Source: Tubiluchus corallicola (taxonomy: Eukaryota; Animalia; Priapulida). From it: a stretch of 64,000 nucleotides of DNA. Location: the NCBI GenBank assembly GCA_030141605.1, contig JAQGDQ010000802.1, positions 29,894 to 93,893 on the forward strand, read 5' to 3'. Of this stretch, positions 48,073 to 63,247 are shown in pieces (position 1 is the first letter of the stretch; every line of letters starts with the position of its first letter). The position numbers were made by a program, and so were the translations under genes. The notes under the pieces were generated by a model that searched no databases, was not told where the DNA came from, and worked only from the letters and a program-made list of their open reading frames with translations.

Positions 48073-50518
48073 TTTAAATAACCAAATAGTGCATTCTCAC
48101 CTAAGAGCGTGTTCCCACTTATAAATTAAATAAGAAAGACTTGGGAGATTCTGAACGAATTCTCAAAGCTTACCATGCTCTGATAATTGAATTTTCTGCT
48201 CTAAGCTTCTAGCCTAGGCCGTGTAAATTTAATAACAATGGGCTAGGGGGAGGTTTTATGAAGGTAATTTTGCACAATGGACTTTTCTCGCTTGCTAGCA
48301 CGCCCTCCTGCAATGCTAGAGTATTTACATTTTACAATGTCTTCGTCAACATTTTATGGTAATAAGCCTTTTCACAGTTCCAGCGATTGATGATGATCGT
48401 GAAAAGGTCAGAGGATAAGTGTTTCAGACAACACGTTTGTGTACACTTGACAACGCCTCCCAGTCCATGCCATTGTAATAGTAACCGTTTTAATAGTTAA
48501 CTAGAACATTACCTATTACTGTAGTTCATTTTTTCTTGTTCCCAAGCAACGTCCTGCTAGCAAGTCACTCTACGTACAGACTAATGTATAATCAAGTAAA
48601 GTCCACGTAAAACGAGCAAAGTTACTCAACTGATCTGGCAGCCGGCTTTGCTTTATGTACGTGTCACGTGACAGTTGTAGTTAAGACACATTGCTGTGGC
48701 GCACTTAACCTTTGACCCACAGTAATGGCGCATGCGCACAGCGAAACTATGAAAAGGCTTATTGCATTGCTTGAGTGTCATAACATGGACTGGTTGATTC
48801 TCTGTAACCTGTAAATTTATAAGCAACAAATTGGCCATAAACTGCGCATGCGCACAACGAAACTGTGAAAAGGCTTGTCTGCACATCCTAGGCATTTTCA
48901 ACATTAGTTCTCAATAGTAAGTTAAAACTCGCTTGTTATTTTGTCAGCCTCAAACAGCGAAAATTTGGCCCTTTCATTAAACGCAATTAGATGCAACTGC
49001 TCGTGTTGGCATAAACCGCACATCATTCGCAGTTTTTCCATTTTCTGCAGTTTCGAGTGTGAGCAAAGTAATAACACGTATTTGTTGTAGTTTACGGTAA
49101 TTTTCCCTGATGAGTTGTGTTGGCCTTTGATAATCTTTGTGACCTTGACATTTTAAGTTCGCCCTGACCTTTCTTATGTAATACGGCGGCACACTGCATG
49201 CCATGGGATAGTGGGGCACGAGGCTAGCTGAATTAAACCACTGACCTGACTTTATCTCATGTTAACTTTGTAACTTTAACCGCATTGGTACATCTTTCTT
49301 GAACAAGGTAAGCAGCCTGAATCAGTACGGCAAATAAAACTACATAGAGCAAGTATTGAAACCGGCAGTCACTCATCCATTCTCTTTCCAGTTTTGGCAT
49401 TGCTTAACTTTGGTTCCTAACCTCCCACCGTGACCACTCAGCTATTCAACTCTATTGTTAAGTAAATACAGCCTTATTTACATAAAAAACACAATTCACT
49501 AACATCTACTGCAGCGTTTGCTAGCAGTTGACTCTCTTGAGGAATGTTAAGTTGGATTATGGCGTAAAATCATTGTTTGTTTGTCTTGCAATTTCCCTGC
49601 TATTTCTTTTGGGACTATCGCGTTGCTTTTACGTGGCTTTGCTTTACTTTTAGTTCAAAGCCGTTTTGTCAGTGTTTCTGTGAAATATAAACAGCTCAAA
49701 TTACGAATTTTTGTGACTAATTTGTCTCTAGAATATTTATGCAAAGGCGGCATTTTCGTTTTCCTAATTTCGATGGTGTTTTCGCCGCTTGAATGTGAAC
49801 GCAGCTTTACACTGAGTTGGAATTTTTGCCCTAAATATAATGTGGTGACCGTCTGTTGGTGTGTTTTAGCGATTATGATTGATAAGGTGGCTTCCCAGGG
49901 CTAAGGGAGTCGGCTTGAGCTCGTAATAAATCTTATCTGCACAATTATGGCTTTAATGGGACTTATAGCCAGCTCCTATAGCCGCTTGAGTAGCGTTTGC
50001 AATGATCAATAGTTTGCCGCGGGCTCGGCGTCGTGCTTTGTCGATTTTGATGAAGCTTCATATATTTCATTGTAAAAGAACTTTAGCATTTATTCTGTCA
50101 GCTTGTTAGATTGGTGAAATAGTGTAGGACTGGGTTGTGGAACTATTCTGTGAAATCTGAAATTTTTCTTTCAGTTTAGTACCAGACAGCTTGTTTGGAA
50201 CGCTCATAGAATTATTACAGAAAAGTAGTAATATTTTTAGAACCATATTAATATTCATTAGTTACTTTAATAGTGTAACCTTGAAATCCGTCCATGGTAT
50301 ACAGCACCTCTCTCTTTTCTCTCTCTCCACCTCCCCCTTTCTCTTTTCACTCTATTCTTTCTCTTCCTCTCCCCCTCTTTCTCGCTCTCTCCACTCCACA
50401 CTTAACAATGTTGTGACCAAAATACAGCAATACTGCAAGAAATCAATGGAAATCTTATTCCTTCTCTTTTTCTCTCGCCAATCTCCCTCTTGGTCTGTCT
50501 TTTTGTCTTTCTTTACTC

Positions 50519-50800
<282 letters not shown>

Positions 50801-53095
50801 CCGCTCTCTTTCTCGTTTTCTTCCCCTTTATTTATCACCCTCTTTCCGTTTCTCTCTATCTCCCAGATAAGCATTTGATTTTTTCTTCAAGTCAATAACG
50901 TAGCGCATAATCGTTTAATCCACCTTGGCCAATGATAGATAAGCGGGACAAATTGCTCACGTGACCTTCTCGGGAGATTCTAACTTGTGCTAGACTGGGC
51001 TTTACTGCAGACCAAACACACCAGAATACTTGCTCAGCTAATCCTGTAAAAATGTTCACATTTACAAAAGTAAAAGAGCGTCTGATCCTGGCAATGCAAG
51101 CTTACAGGATGCGGGAATACATCCAGGATGCGTCTGGAGCTCGTAGCGTCTGCCAACATGCCCAGCTTGCTTTCCCAAATGGGGAGGCAGTTTTTTCCTT
51201 AATGCAGGAGGACGTGGTTCGTCACCTCTTCCGTGCAGCCCGCCTTTGAGCACACCAAGAATAATCCACCAAGGTGAGCCGCTGAACCAACAGTGGTGCC
51301 TTGTTCATCTTTAACTATGAATGTATCGTCTCACTACAAGGCAAACGATCAGTAATTTGAGTGAAACCGCCTGAACCAACACAGGCATTCCTCCATCCAT
51401 TCACTGACCAGGTTTTTAGTCACTTAACTTTCGTTCACTAAGCATACACTTGGCCATTCCTTTTGCAGCAAAATATGCGAGTAATTCCAGCTCAGACACT
51501 TTATTAATGAAGACGATTTATGTATATTATGGTCAGTGACTACTTTATGTGCTTCGCAACCCTAGTCATGCAACACTTAGTCTGGCCAGTGAACAGATGG
51601 ATGACCACTAGATTCGATGCTTCCGTCGTACGTTGTTTTTGTCATTGATGGAGGATGTGAGGACAACCGAACGTGGCTAGCCTACCTTTACCGATTCAAT
51701 GACTCATCTTAGAGGAGTAATCTTGACAATGCACAGATTCCTGCCCTGCCACAATCATTCGCGTTAAGTAACTCTACCGATGAGTGCTAAGAGCAGCAAC
51801 GGAGGGAGGCTGACTGTCGCTTATCATCTAGGTTACCGACTTCTGAACTAAACTATGTATTCGTACTGATGAATTTAAACTGTTTTTTGTTTTTTGAAGA
51901 AGACAGAATAATTGATGAAGATCTTTCTTGTTTTTGTTCCCATTTCCTGTGTTTAACGTAAGCAATAGCAGGGATCTTCTCCTAGTCAATGATAATGGTT
52001 TTTGCCGGCTTTGCCAATTCAGTGTTTTGTACACGTTGCGCTTTGATGCTGAAACTAGTTAAACTCCCTTTGGGGCTGCGGTGAAGTTACTGCAAGTTAA
52101 CTATAAGTATACATGTATTTGCTTGAAACAAGTTAATGTTTTGCCTGACGTATCTTCATCCTTAAACTGGCTGATCTCCCTTTCGGGGCCCATTGACGGT
52201 TGGTACAAGAGAACATTTGTATATGAATGTGAATTTTCACTAATGTGCTGATGAGATTTGATTTGCACGAAAAACAGGTGTTGTACCTTTCAGATATAGC
52301 TCAACTGTGACGGTAGTGCACACTTAAAATTTGAATTTTAAACTTGAAATTCGCCGACTTTTGCATACGAGACCGAATGTTGTACAGTAGCACTGTACTT
52401 CAATTTTCGCTTTCGCAAACCCGTGCAACACGTTCGTGGAATGTCTGTGCTGTTGAAAATTATGTTAGTTTGTGACGTCATCACTAGTTGGGCTTGCCTG
52501 CCGCTAGTACTTCAATTTTCGCTTTCGCAAACACGTGCAACACGCTCGTGGAATGTCTGTGCTGTTGAAAATTATGTTGGTTTGTGACGTCATCACTAGT
52601 CGGGCTCACCTGCCGCTAGTTAAAATTTCAGCCTATTATTTAATTACCAAAAACACTGGCATTATTATAGGTATTAAAATGTATACTTTGTACTGCAAAA
52701 TGGGATAAAATCATCCTGTTTTTCCTGTAAAGGCATTTCTGTGCGTTTGAAATAATACATATTCATGAACCTGGGTCTGTGTAATCCCCGCATACCTTAA
52801 TATCTATATTTACATAAGAGAAATCCAAGTACGGATTTGTGTGTACTTAATGACTAAGTCATAATATTGGCTTCACATCGTTCTAGTTATGTTTATGCAG
52901 TTGGAGTTGGCTTCTCTACGTGTTTGTATGTGCATATTGGCTTGATCATTAGCGGCTGTCTATGAATGTCAAATTTGGCATATGAAACTACTAACAAACT
53001 GAGTGATGAGGTTAGAACTTTTGTGTCTTCAGAGTATGGTGTCGTGTTTTATTTTTATTATTTTTATACATTGACGCGAAGACGGTCACTTAAGG

Positions 53096-53529
53096 CAGGG
53101 GTGTGCAAATTATCTCACTAGCCGGGCCATATTAAACATTCCCGCAATTCCTTCGGGCCACAGGCAGTTTGGTCAACGAGCCAAGTACAGTAGGACCTAA
53201 TAACGATTTTTTTTGCATCCGATTTGCGCACATCATCAGTACTGCACTACTACACTCGAGAAACTATTTTAGAAGTTATGAAAATTTATATTAAAAACCA
53301 AATATTTCGTCATGTCCAACAGTGACATTAAGTGACAATGGTCTTGTAAGGGTTAATGCCATCCGATCTAGAGAAATGAACTACCCGCACTATCATTGCG
53401 ATATTGGCGTAGACTTCAGCTGGATCGCGTGGGCCACACTTTCATTACGTTGACAAACCTCTTCGCGGACCGAACAAGATCTCTCGGCGGGCCGCAAGTG
53501 GCCCGCGGGCGGTAGTTTGCACACCCCTG
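53096..53529. mobile_element. hAT-Charlie-like MITE
   Basis: TIR CAGGGGTGTGCAAA / TTTGCACACCCCTG; perfect 8-bp TSD ACTTAAGG; GGCCCGCGGGC subterminal motif. Confidence 0.92.
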
Positions 53530-54678
53530 ACTTAAGGTAATGACTTGGACCAAAACGATGAATGCGTGTCCAGAGAAATAGAATCCATGTAACTAATTTA
53601 CTAGCGATAGAATCTACCTGTTGATGTTCCTCTTGAAGGAGTGTGAGGTTGTAGCTTTCAAGGAAACGATTTCCTGCAGGAGAATTCTGTAGATAAGTAG
53701 CCCGGGGGAAAAACTGCATTTGCAAGTACCCTTTTTTCATCGAGGCGCATCCAACGTAAGCAGTAGCAAAATGAGTTGCAACAAACAAGCCGTTGGCATT
53801 TGCGAACTAGTCACGTGATAATCTGAAAGGTTCTTTCATGGAGTTAGTAACAAAAGAGGTAATTATAGGCACAGGTATGCACACCTGTACATAGCTGCTG
53901 CCTGGGTTAAATTGAGGACAAATAAACGTTATCTGGCTGCAATAAACATATTATAACAGACTCTGTCGTGTACACAGCCAAGCATTTGTGCTGCTCATGC
54001 AGTTTATCTGGTAATATGCAGCAAGCATGGATTTGCTCCATGTTTTTCCTATCTGAATTATTGTAGGTTCGCGTGCGTTGCAGAAATGCCATTTTTGCCC
54101 ATACAATTTATCTGGTACACTTCAGCGAGTATTGATTTGCTGTATGTTTTTTATCTTTACGCACTGGATCATCGTAGGTTCACATGCATCGCGGAAATGC
54201 AATATAAGAATTAGTATTAATTGTGGGGCGTATTAAATTCTGTTTTCTTACCTCATAACTTATAATAGGGAATAATCTTAAACCCACACAGTATCGTAAA
54301 ACCTGTTGTGTGTTGCTAGGCGACTGAACTCTAATTCTCCCGAAATGCTGACTCTATCTAAACAAGTCGTGATAAATGAAAATATTTACGATTTAAATCT
54401 TCAAAGAGGATTTCAAAGTCAAAACAGGAGTGAGAGATTCTCGATAATTTCATAACTGCAGGGGGCGTATTAATCTCTCAATCTGCTCAGCGAATATGAA
54501 CTTATGGTGACATCGACTGTGTGTGTTTATTGAATTAAAGAAGTCCTTGAACGAAAACACGAAAGGTCGATTAGGTCATTAATTTCTTATGATTATGATC
54601 CTATAATGATATTAAAGGAAAAGTCAACCCTCGAATGGCATTCTTTGTGTTTTAATATACACGTAAAGTATGGAAATT

Positions 54679-55149
54679 GAGTCTGTTGAACACTTTTTGC
54701 TGCACTGCCCATTGCATCAACTAGCTAGGGTTGTTGTGTTTGATAAACTAAATGAAATACTTCTGCCTGAAAACCTTAATATAGCTGCCTTAGGAAATAA
54801 TGATCTGTTGAAGTTGTTATTATTCGGAAAAGATGAATTTAACTATGTTACTAACTGTAAAATATTCCAATGTATACATGACTTGATATTACGTACTAAA
54901 CGCTTCCAGTAGTTTCTATCTGATATGAAATGCATCAGTCTTAAATATTCGTACATTAATATTTACTAACCGTCATTTTCTACTAATGTCTAATGTAATC
55001 ATGTAGTAAAACTTGTCAGCTTGTGTAGTTATAGTCTATTCTTACTGTAAATGTTCTTGTAAATAGTGTATAAATTCTGTTGTGGTGAGGATCCTAAATC
55101 ATGTTGTACAAACTGTCTGATCCCATCCTAAATAAATTATGTTTGAACT
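54679..55149 (+). mobile_element. 5'-truncated CR1-group LINE, same family as 23398-24627
   Basis: ESVEHFLLHCPL...RTKRFQ* plus 3' UTR; 13-bp TSD AAGTATGGAAATT at 54666-54678 and 55150-55162. Confidence 0.88.
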
Positions 55150-55197
55150 AAGTATGGAAATTTCTACAAAGTATAAACGCATAAAAGCTCTTATTAA

Positions 55198-55737
55198 AGG
55201 AAAACCGGGCGAGTGTCTAGATATGAGTTCAAAATAAAGAATGCTCTAATATACTGAAAACTACTACAGCTTTTTCTAAATCAAAGCTTAGATTTAATAA
55301 TAAATACCTCGGATAGTTAAATTTTGTTAAACTTTCAAAGCTACGCGCGGCTCAGTGAATCCGCTAAGACTGGCAATGGCGCATTCGAGTGGCCGACAAA
55401 TAGGCGCTGTACCGTGATAAACATGGTCATGAACTGCAGTCTTCGTCAGTGATGTCAGTGTGACGTAGACCTTAATTTAGTGGCATCATATCAGCGTCTT
55501 CTAGCAATCTTCGCTTACGCAAACGTGCTTGATGCGCAAGGGAAGATGCCTACCATTGCACAAACTGTGGTTAATTTGTGACGTGAACGATAGCTGTGTT
55601 CACTTGCGTTAATTAACTTTCCAAAGGTATTTTTTCAAATATTAGAAACAATTGCTAACGTTGATAGGCAAGAAAAAATTTATTTTGGACAGTAGAGTAA
55701 AATGAGATTGAGTCTAATCAATCGTCCGGTTTTTCTT
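55198..55737 (+). mobile_element. Kolobok-like MITE family A
   Basis: TTAA|AGGAAAACCGG ... CAATCGTCCGGTTTTTCT; collinear with 3726-4228. Confidence 0.78.
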
Positions 55738-57449
55738 CTGCAAAAAGAAATTTAAATCATATCTCCCTCATATGACATTTTCAAGTCCGGTAAAAAGTAA
55801 ACATTTTAATGCAATTAATACTGCGAAAGCGTTTCTGCTAATTAAATAATAGATTAAAATCTTAATTAACGGCGGGCGAGCTCAACTATTGATGACATCA
55901 CAAACTAACATAATTTTTCAACAGCAAAAATATTCCACGAGCGTGTTGCGAAAGCGAAAACTGAAGTACAGTGGTAACTGTAAGATGTTCAGTGTGTTGG
56001 ACTAAAACTAGCCAAGTTTAAGATAAAAATTCACACGTTTCCTGTCAATATTTTAAAGAGTAGACTGTTTTGACCTAGGGTTTAAGATTTGCCCCGGTTT
56101 TGCTTTAAATAAGTATTCTGTTACTTTGTCTGTGTTAACTAGTCAAGTTGCAGGTTATTATATTATTGTGGTTAACTGGTTCTTATTACATAGTGGCCAA
56201 GGGGATTCATCAAAAAGCAAAAAATAGTATTAATAATCACTAGTTTAACGTTTTGAATTATTTATACTTCGTGATAGTTGCAGAAAAAGTTTGCTCAAGC
56301 ACCTGGTGGGATAAGTGTTCATACTGTAGGTGACCGGATGACGCCATTTTTCGTTCAAAATGGCAGCACCCAAGCTTGAAGTGATCACAACTTTAAATTG
56401 ATTTTACTAATTATGTGAGGCGCGTGACACCATTTTATTGTTGACATTTTTTCTCAAATGTTAAAATAAGCTCAACTTCCCGAGAGACTTGGCTTCTGCT
56501 TGAAGGCCGGTTCACATGTCGCACTGTAAAAGAATGGATTGAACTTTTTCGGCGTTCACACTTACAAAGATCACTAGACAACGTTTGGCACTCAGGTTAG
56601 AAGAAAACTAGTTCAAAACGTTAGTTGTTTATGTAACTTTGTTAGAAGTTATCAAAACTTTTCTCAGAAAAAGAAGCCATATTGTACAGAAGGTTAAGGG
56701 GAAGGTTAAAGGCTAAGGCAGAAGCCTAATTTCGTGTTCACGTGGTTGGTCTTTTGCTATTGTACGCATTTCGCCATTCCTTACTTGGGTGGAAACGACG
56801 TCTGCACGTCAAAAAACGCGTAGAAGAAAAAGTAGGCGTTGTACCTAATCGTAGGAACGCAGTTCAGTTGTGACGTGGCACACAGTCTCATAAGCATATC
56901 CATAAACTTGAATTTTTAAACTTAAAACTGCCGAATTATTTTTAAATCTTTCCTTTTTAAACACAGGAACGTTCGTGGAATGTTCAGTTGTGACGTCATC
57001 GCTAGTTGTGCTCTAGACACGAAGCGTCAAAAGAGCAATTAATCAATTACGTTTTGTATTCCTTATTACATTCATTTTCGACTGCATGTGTCTGGATGCA
57101 CCGACTGCCGCCACTTATGCCTGAGAGAGGGGGCACACGCCTGATATAAGTAAAATGCATAGGTATCAAATCAATGCTTGTTGCAGTTTAGCAGTTGAAC
57201 TGTATGAACAATTGAAATAAGTGTCCATCGGGTGTACTCAACTCTTAGAAACATTTGGCGAACATAGGTTATCGTTTATATTGGTTATAGGTTGAACGAA
57301 TGCTTATTTTCATCAAACTTCAAAGTGGAATAGGCTTTAAAAATCGTTCTGTTTTCCTTTAACTCTGTTTAACTTTCCACTGTTTCTGCTTGGCGTATAC
57401 TGAAACTTCTTTTATCTTTACTCTTTTACTTTTTTCTTATATACATATA

Positions 57450-57900
57450 TAATAATCTTTATTTGCCATTAAAATACATTGATAATCACTGATAAAAACC
57501 TTACAGAGATGATCAATCAGTGTTAGTTAATAAAAACTTACACTGCTAAAGGCAAATGCATCAGTGCAATCTAAACTACTGTGCAGTAATGGAAAGTAAC
57601 GACGAATAAAATCAAACGTATTTACAACTATGCACAAAAAATGAAAAAATTATGATTTAATTAATATGGCCGTGGATATATGAATTCTGAATTAGTGTGT
57701 ATGTTGTCGTACTGGTGTGATGGTATTTCATATCTGGTTAATATTAGTGATTTTAATCTTGTTTTAAATGCTGATAGGGACTTGATTTGTTTAACCTGTA
57801 ATGGTAGAGAATTCCAAAGTAGAATTGCTTGTTTGATTACAGAATTCGTTCCGTAGTGGGTATTTGTCCTAATTTGTTTTAGATTGCTTGCTCTGGAATT
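57450..57900 (-). mobile_element. L2/CR1-group LINE 3' fragment
   Basis: Minus strand RTNTHYGTNSVIKQAILLWNSLPLQVKQIKSLSAFKTRLK, the WNxLP...FK..LK ORF2 C-terminal motif; AATAAA near 57458. Confidence 0.75.
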
Positions 57901-58839
57901 AACGATCGGATTTGGAAAAAAGGTAAATCTGTTATTATAAGGTAAATCTTTTAGATTATAAGTTGGAAACAGGAAACTGTGATTAGTGCCCCAAGAGGTG
58001 ACTAAAGTGTCCTCATTTTTACTAAATTCCCCTTGTCGACTTGCTACTATTTCCAGACTATCTGACCCTCTTTCGTTCTAATATTATTTACTCTGAAGAT
58101 TTTCTACTGTTTACCGAACTGAACGCGTCGACTTGTTTAACGATTCCACAAATCTGAAGTGCAAAGTTTAAGCCACGCCTACTCGCGTCACGTGACCGCC
58201 ATCCGCCGTGTAATTATGCAGACAATATGCACATTAAAATTCAGGACATGCTGTATGTGAACACAGCCTACAGGGTGACCCTCACTGAACCTGTTGGCAG
58301 TGTTTGGGACGCCCATGCGGCTTGGTTTATGTTTTTGCTAAACTGTGGTGATAGTGTTTAAGATTTTGCGGTTTATTTAACTTATTGAACTCTCGTCAGT
58401 TCCTGGTAATTCGTATTTAAAAACAGGAAAAGTGGTTTTTACCTTGTTAACCTGTTACTTAGTGCTACACGAAAAGTAGCAAGTTTGTGATAGTTTGGTA
58501 CGTGTGGAACTGACTGAGATAATGGTACCGTCTTAAAATCACATGCGTTGCGTTTCGTTGAGAACAAAGAGGTTAAAGGTTGTCTGATGTTTCTAGGCTG
58601 TTATGTTTAGAGGTACCCAGCGAGCCTGCGGTAATGTCTAGTAGTAAGACGAAGGTATGACTCGTCTTTATCAGCAAACATTATTAGAAATAAGAATTTT
58701 TTGATCACTGTTTTTATTATTGTTTTGTTGGGTACAGTAAAACCATTTGTATTTGCGAAGTAATGAACTTTGCAGCTTATTACAGTTTTGCATCTCTTTG
58801 TAACAGCTTCCTGTTTAGCGTTTTATTGCGTGTTAAATG

Positions 58840-59495
58840 AGGCGCGGGCTCGGTGTCGTGCTTGGTAGAATTTGATGAAGATTCAGGTATTTTACTGTAA
58901 AAGAAGTTTGGCATTTATTCGTAATTAAGTCTGTTTGGGAATTTGAGTCAGTTTGTTAGTTTGGTGAAATGATTTGGGATTGGGTTGTGGAACTGTTCCA
59001 TGATATCTTGATTTTTTTCTTTCAATTTGATACCAGACAGCTTGTTTGGAACGCTTATAGAGTTACTCTAATGGCACAACCTTGCAATCCGTCCATGGTA
59101 TAGTCTCTCTCTTTGTCTCTCTCTTTTTTCACTCACTCTCTCTTTCTCGTTCTCTCTCTGTCTCTCTCTTTCTGTTTCTCTTCCTTTGTGTCCCGTCCTA
59201 CCTCTCTCCTTCCCTCGTCCTCTCTACCCGTCTCTCTCTCTCTTTCTCTCTCTCCTTTCTGTCTTCAGTGGCTTATCTTTCCTTTCTCTCAAACTGTCTG
59301 TCTCTTTTTTTGCTCTCTCTCTCTCTCTCTCTCTTTGTTTCTCTCATTTTCGCACTCTCTCTTTCTCTCCCTTTCTGTCCCATCCTACCTCTCTCTCCTC
59401 CCCTCTTCCTCCCTACCCCACCTACACTGTCCCACTACCGCTCTCTCCTCCCCTCTTCCTCTCTACCCCACCTACACTGTCCCACCACCTCTCTG
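58840..59495 (+). repeat. Dispersed repeat (also at ~50018-50300) followed by a CT-rich tract
   Basis: GCGGGCTCGG(C/T)GTCGTGCTT ... TACCAGACAGCTTGTTTGGAACGCT ... ATCCGTCCATGGTATA in both copies. Confidence 0.8.
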
Positions 59496-59909
59496 ACCGA
59501 ATAACCGCTTCACGGACGCCCTTCTAAGACTCTCACTTGTAAGTTTGTGTAAGCTTCTCTTAATCTGGTTTATTTTCATAGATCTAGTGCTTAGCGTGCA
59601 TAAACTGGCTTCATGCTGCGTCATCAGCTTCACCTTGCCGTCTAGCCTGCAGAGAAACTCAAAAATTTCTCATGTGGTTGCAGTAAAATCCTGCAATCTT
59701 TCCCAGCCCGTGAATCTGTTACCGTCTGTTTACTTGAATTGTTTATTGTCACTTAAAATACACACAAACATCGTGCTGTAGTGATAAAAATGATGAAATC
59801 TGTGTTCACGTTAAGAATTAAATTCGTCATGACAGTTAAACACGGTAAAGCCCGATGACTTGTGCCCACTAAAAAACAGCAGTGGTCAATTAAAATGACC
59901 ATTTAATAA

Positions 59910-62560
59910 CCTACTCTAACTTGTTCTAATCTACATAGCTTTACTCTACCTACTCTAAACTACATGCTCTATTCTAATGTACATGCTCTACTCTACTCTG
60001 CTGTAATCTACCCTACTCTATTCTATACTCTAATGTACATGCTCTACTCTAAACTACATGCTCTACTCTAAACTACATGCTCTACTCTAATGTACATGCT
60101 CTACTCTAATGTACATGCTCTACTCTAAACTACATGCTCTACTCTAAACTACATGCTCTACTCTAATGTACATGCTCTACTCTAAACTACATGCTCTACT
60201 CTAAACTACATGCTCTACTCTAAACTACATGCTCTACTCTAAACTACATGCTCTACTCTACTCTGCTGTAATCTACCCTACTCTATTCTATACTCTAATG
60301 TACATGCTCTACTCTAAACTACATGCTCTACTCTAAACTACATGCTCTACTCTAATGTACATGCTCTACTCTAAACTACATGCTCTACTCTAAACTACAT
60401 GCTCTACTCTAATGTACATGCTCTACTCTAATGTACATGCTCTACTCTAAACTACATGCTCTACTCTAAACTACATGCTCTACTCTAATGTACATGCTCT
60501 ACTCTAAACTACATGCTCTACTCTAAACTACATGCTCTACTCTACTCTGCTGTAATCTACCCTACTCTATTCTATACTCTAATGTACATGCTCTACTCTA
60601 AACTACATGCTCTACTCTAAACTACATGCTCTACTCTAAACTACATGCTCTACTCTAATGTACATGCTCTACTCTAAACTACATGCTCTACTCTAATGTA
60701 CATGCTCTACTCTAAACTACATGCTCTACTCTAAACTACATGCTCTACTCTAAACTACATGCTCTACTCTAAACTACATGCTCTACTCTAATGTACATGC
60801 TCTACTCTAAACTACATGCTCTACTCTAATGTACATGCTCTACTCTAATGTACATGCTCTACTCTAAACTACATGCTCTACTCTAATGTACATGCTCTAC
60901 TCTAAACTACATGCTCTACTCTAAACTACATGCTCTACTCTAATGTACATGCTCTACTCTAAACTACATGCTCTACTCTAAACTACATGCTCTACTCTAA
61001 TGTACATGCTCTACTCTAAACTACATGCTCTACTCTAAACTACATGCTCTACTCTAATGTACATGCTCTACTCTAAACTACATGCTCTACTCTAAACTAC
61101 ATGCTCTACTCTAAACTACATGCTCTACTCTAAACTACATGCTCTACTCTAAACTACATGCTCTACTCTAATGTACATGCTCTACTCTAAACTACATGCT
61201 CTACTCTAATGTACATGCTCTACTCTAATGTACATGCTCTACTCTAAACTACATGCTCTACTCTAAACTACATGCTCTACTCTAAACTACATGCTCTACT
61301 CTAAACTACATGCTCTACTCTAATGTACATGCTCTACTCTAAACTACATGCTCTACTCTAATGTACATGCTCTACTCTAAACTACATGCTCTACTCTAAT
61401 GTACATGCTCTACTCTAAACTACATGCTCTACTCTAAACTACATGCTCTACTCTAATCTACATGCTCTACTCTAAACTACATGCTCTACTCTAAACTACA
61501 TGCTCTACTCTAATCTACATGCCTACTCTAAACTACATGCTCTACTCTATTCTACTCTGCTGTAATCTACCCTACTCTATTCTCTACTCTAACCTACTCT
61601 CCTCTACATTGCTCTGCTCTAGCCTACTCTAATCTACATGCTCTACTCTGCTCTACTCTAATCTACATGCTCTACTCTAATCTACTCTGCTGTAATATAC
61701 CCTACTCTATTCTCTACTCTAACCTACTCTCCTCTACATTGCTCTACTCTAGCCTACTCTAATCTACATGCTCTACTCTAATCTACATGCTCTACTCTAT
61801 TCTCTACTCTGCTCTACCCTAATCTACATGCTCTACTCTAATCTACTCTGCTGTAATATACCCTACTCTATTCTCTACTCTAACCTACTCTCCTCTACAT
61901 TGCTCTACTCTAGCCTACTCTAATCTACATGCTCTACTCTAATCTACTCTGCTGTAATATACCCTACTCTATTCTCTACTCTAACCTACTCTCCTCTACA
62001 TTGCTCTACTCTAGCCTACTCTAATCTACATGCTCTACTCTAATCTACATGCTCTACTCTATTCTCTACTCTGCTCTACCCTAATCTACATGCTCTACTC
62101 TAATCTACTCTGCTGTAATATACCCTACTCTATTCTCTACTCTAACCTACTCTCCTCTTCTCTACATTGCTCTGCTCTACTCTATTGTTTTTTGTTTTTT
62201 TGTTTTTTTTGTGTTGGTGTTTTTGTTGGTTGTTGTTGTGTGTTGGGTGTGTTTTTGTGTATTACGTGTCTACTCTACTCTATTCTCTACTGTTGCGTAC
62301 TCTAATCTACTCTGCTGTAAACTACCCTATTCTATTCTCTACTCTAATCTGCTCTCCTCCACTCTCTCTACTGTAGCCTAACCTAATGCTCTCTACTCTA
62401 GCCTACTCTAATCTTTTCTACTCTACTCTACTCTATTCTCTACTGTGGCGTACCCTATTCTGTTCTCTACTCTCTTCTACTCTGCTCTGGTCTACCCTAC
62501 TCTACTCTATTCTCTACTGTAGCCTAACCTACATGCTCTCTACTCTAGCTTACTCTTCTG
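59910..62560. repeat. 19-bp satellite (CTCTACTCTAA[AC/TG/TC]TACATG) with degenerate (CTACT)n flanks
   Basis: Homogeneous core ~60030-61545 with roughly 75-80 units. Confidence 0.97.
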
Positions 62561-63247
62561 TAGTCTATACGATCTTCTTTGTTCTTCTTTGCCGCATTCT
62601 TACATTTATTTCTCACTGATGTAGATAGAGTGTAATTGTAGATCTCGTGCATCTTATGGATCTCGTGTAGATCTTATAAACTCAGTTTTATACCTTGTTG
62701 TTTGTCCAACCTATAAGACCTCGTACAGTATTATTGAACAAAGCGCAATTACGTCTAGCAACTGGCCCAATTAAATGACGTGGAATTAAGCTTATAATAA
62801 TTCTTAATTAGCCAGGCTGAGTCATGTTTAGTAAACAATGAGATTAGAGGGCGGACCTACTGACAAACCCAACAAACAATGTCAAATAGGGGTAGATCCA
62901 CTTATTTCTAGCGACGACCGGTTTTTACTTTCTCTGTTAAACACAGACGCAGCAAACAAAGAGATCAGCGGGGCAGATCTAGTAACAACCGGTTTTACCG
63001 TATCATAACCGAAACACAGTATTAAAATTGTGCGTGTAATATCTTTTCTTGGATCTTGACTTCATCAGAGAACGCAACAGTTATTTTTTCAAGTTTAAAT
63101 GATTTATGACTTTAAGTTTCATGTATTTTTTTCTCCATGTGGCACAAGTGAACAACTCTTCGTGGGCAAAAACAATTTTGTGAGGTGTAAATCGTATCCT
63201 GCCTATTCTGAGTGATTAGATTGTTGAGTTATTGTCACTGTCTAGAT

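Noticed and set aside
53393-53788. 131-aa minus-strand ORF
   Set aside because: Runs into a hAT MITE, has a non-ATG start and no recognisable domain.
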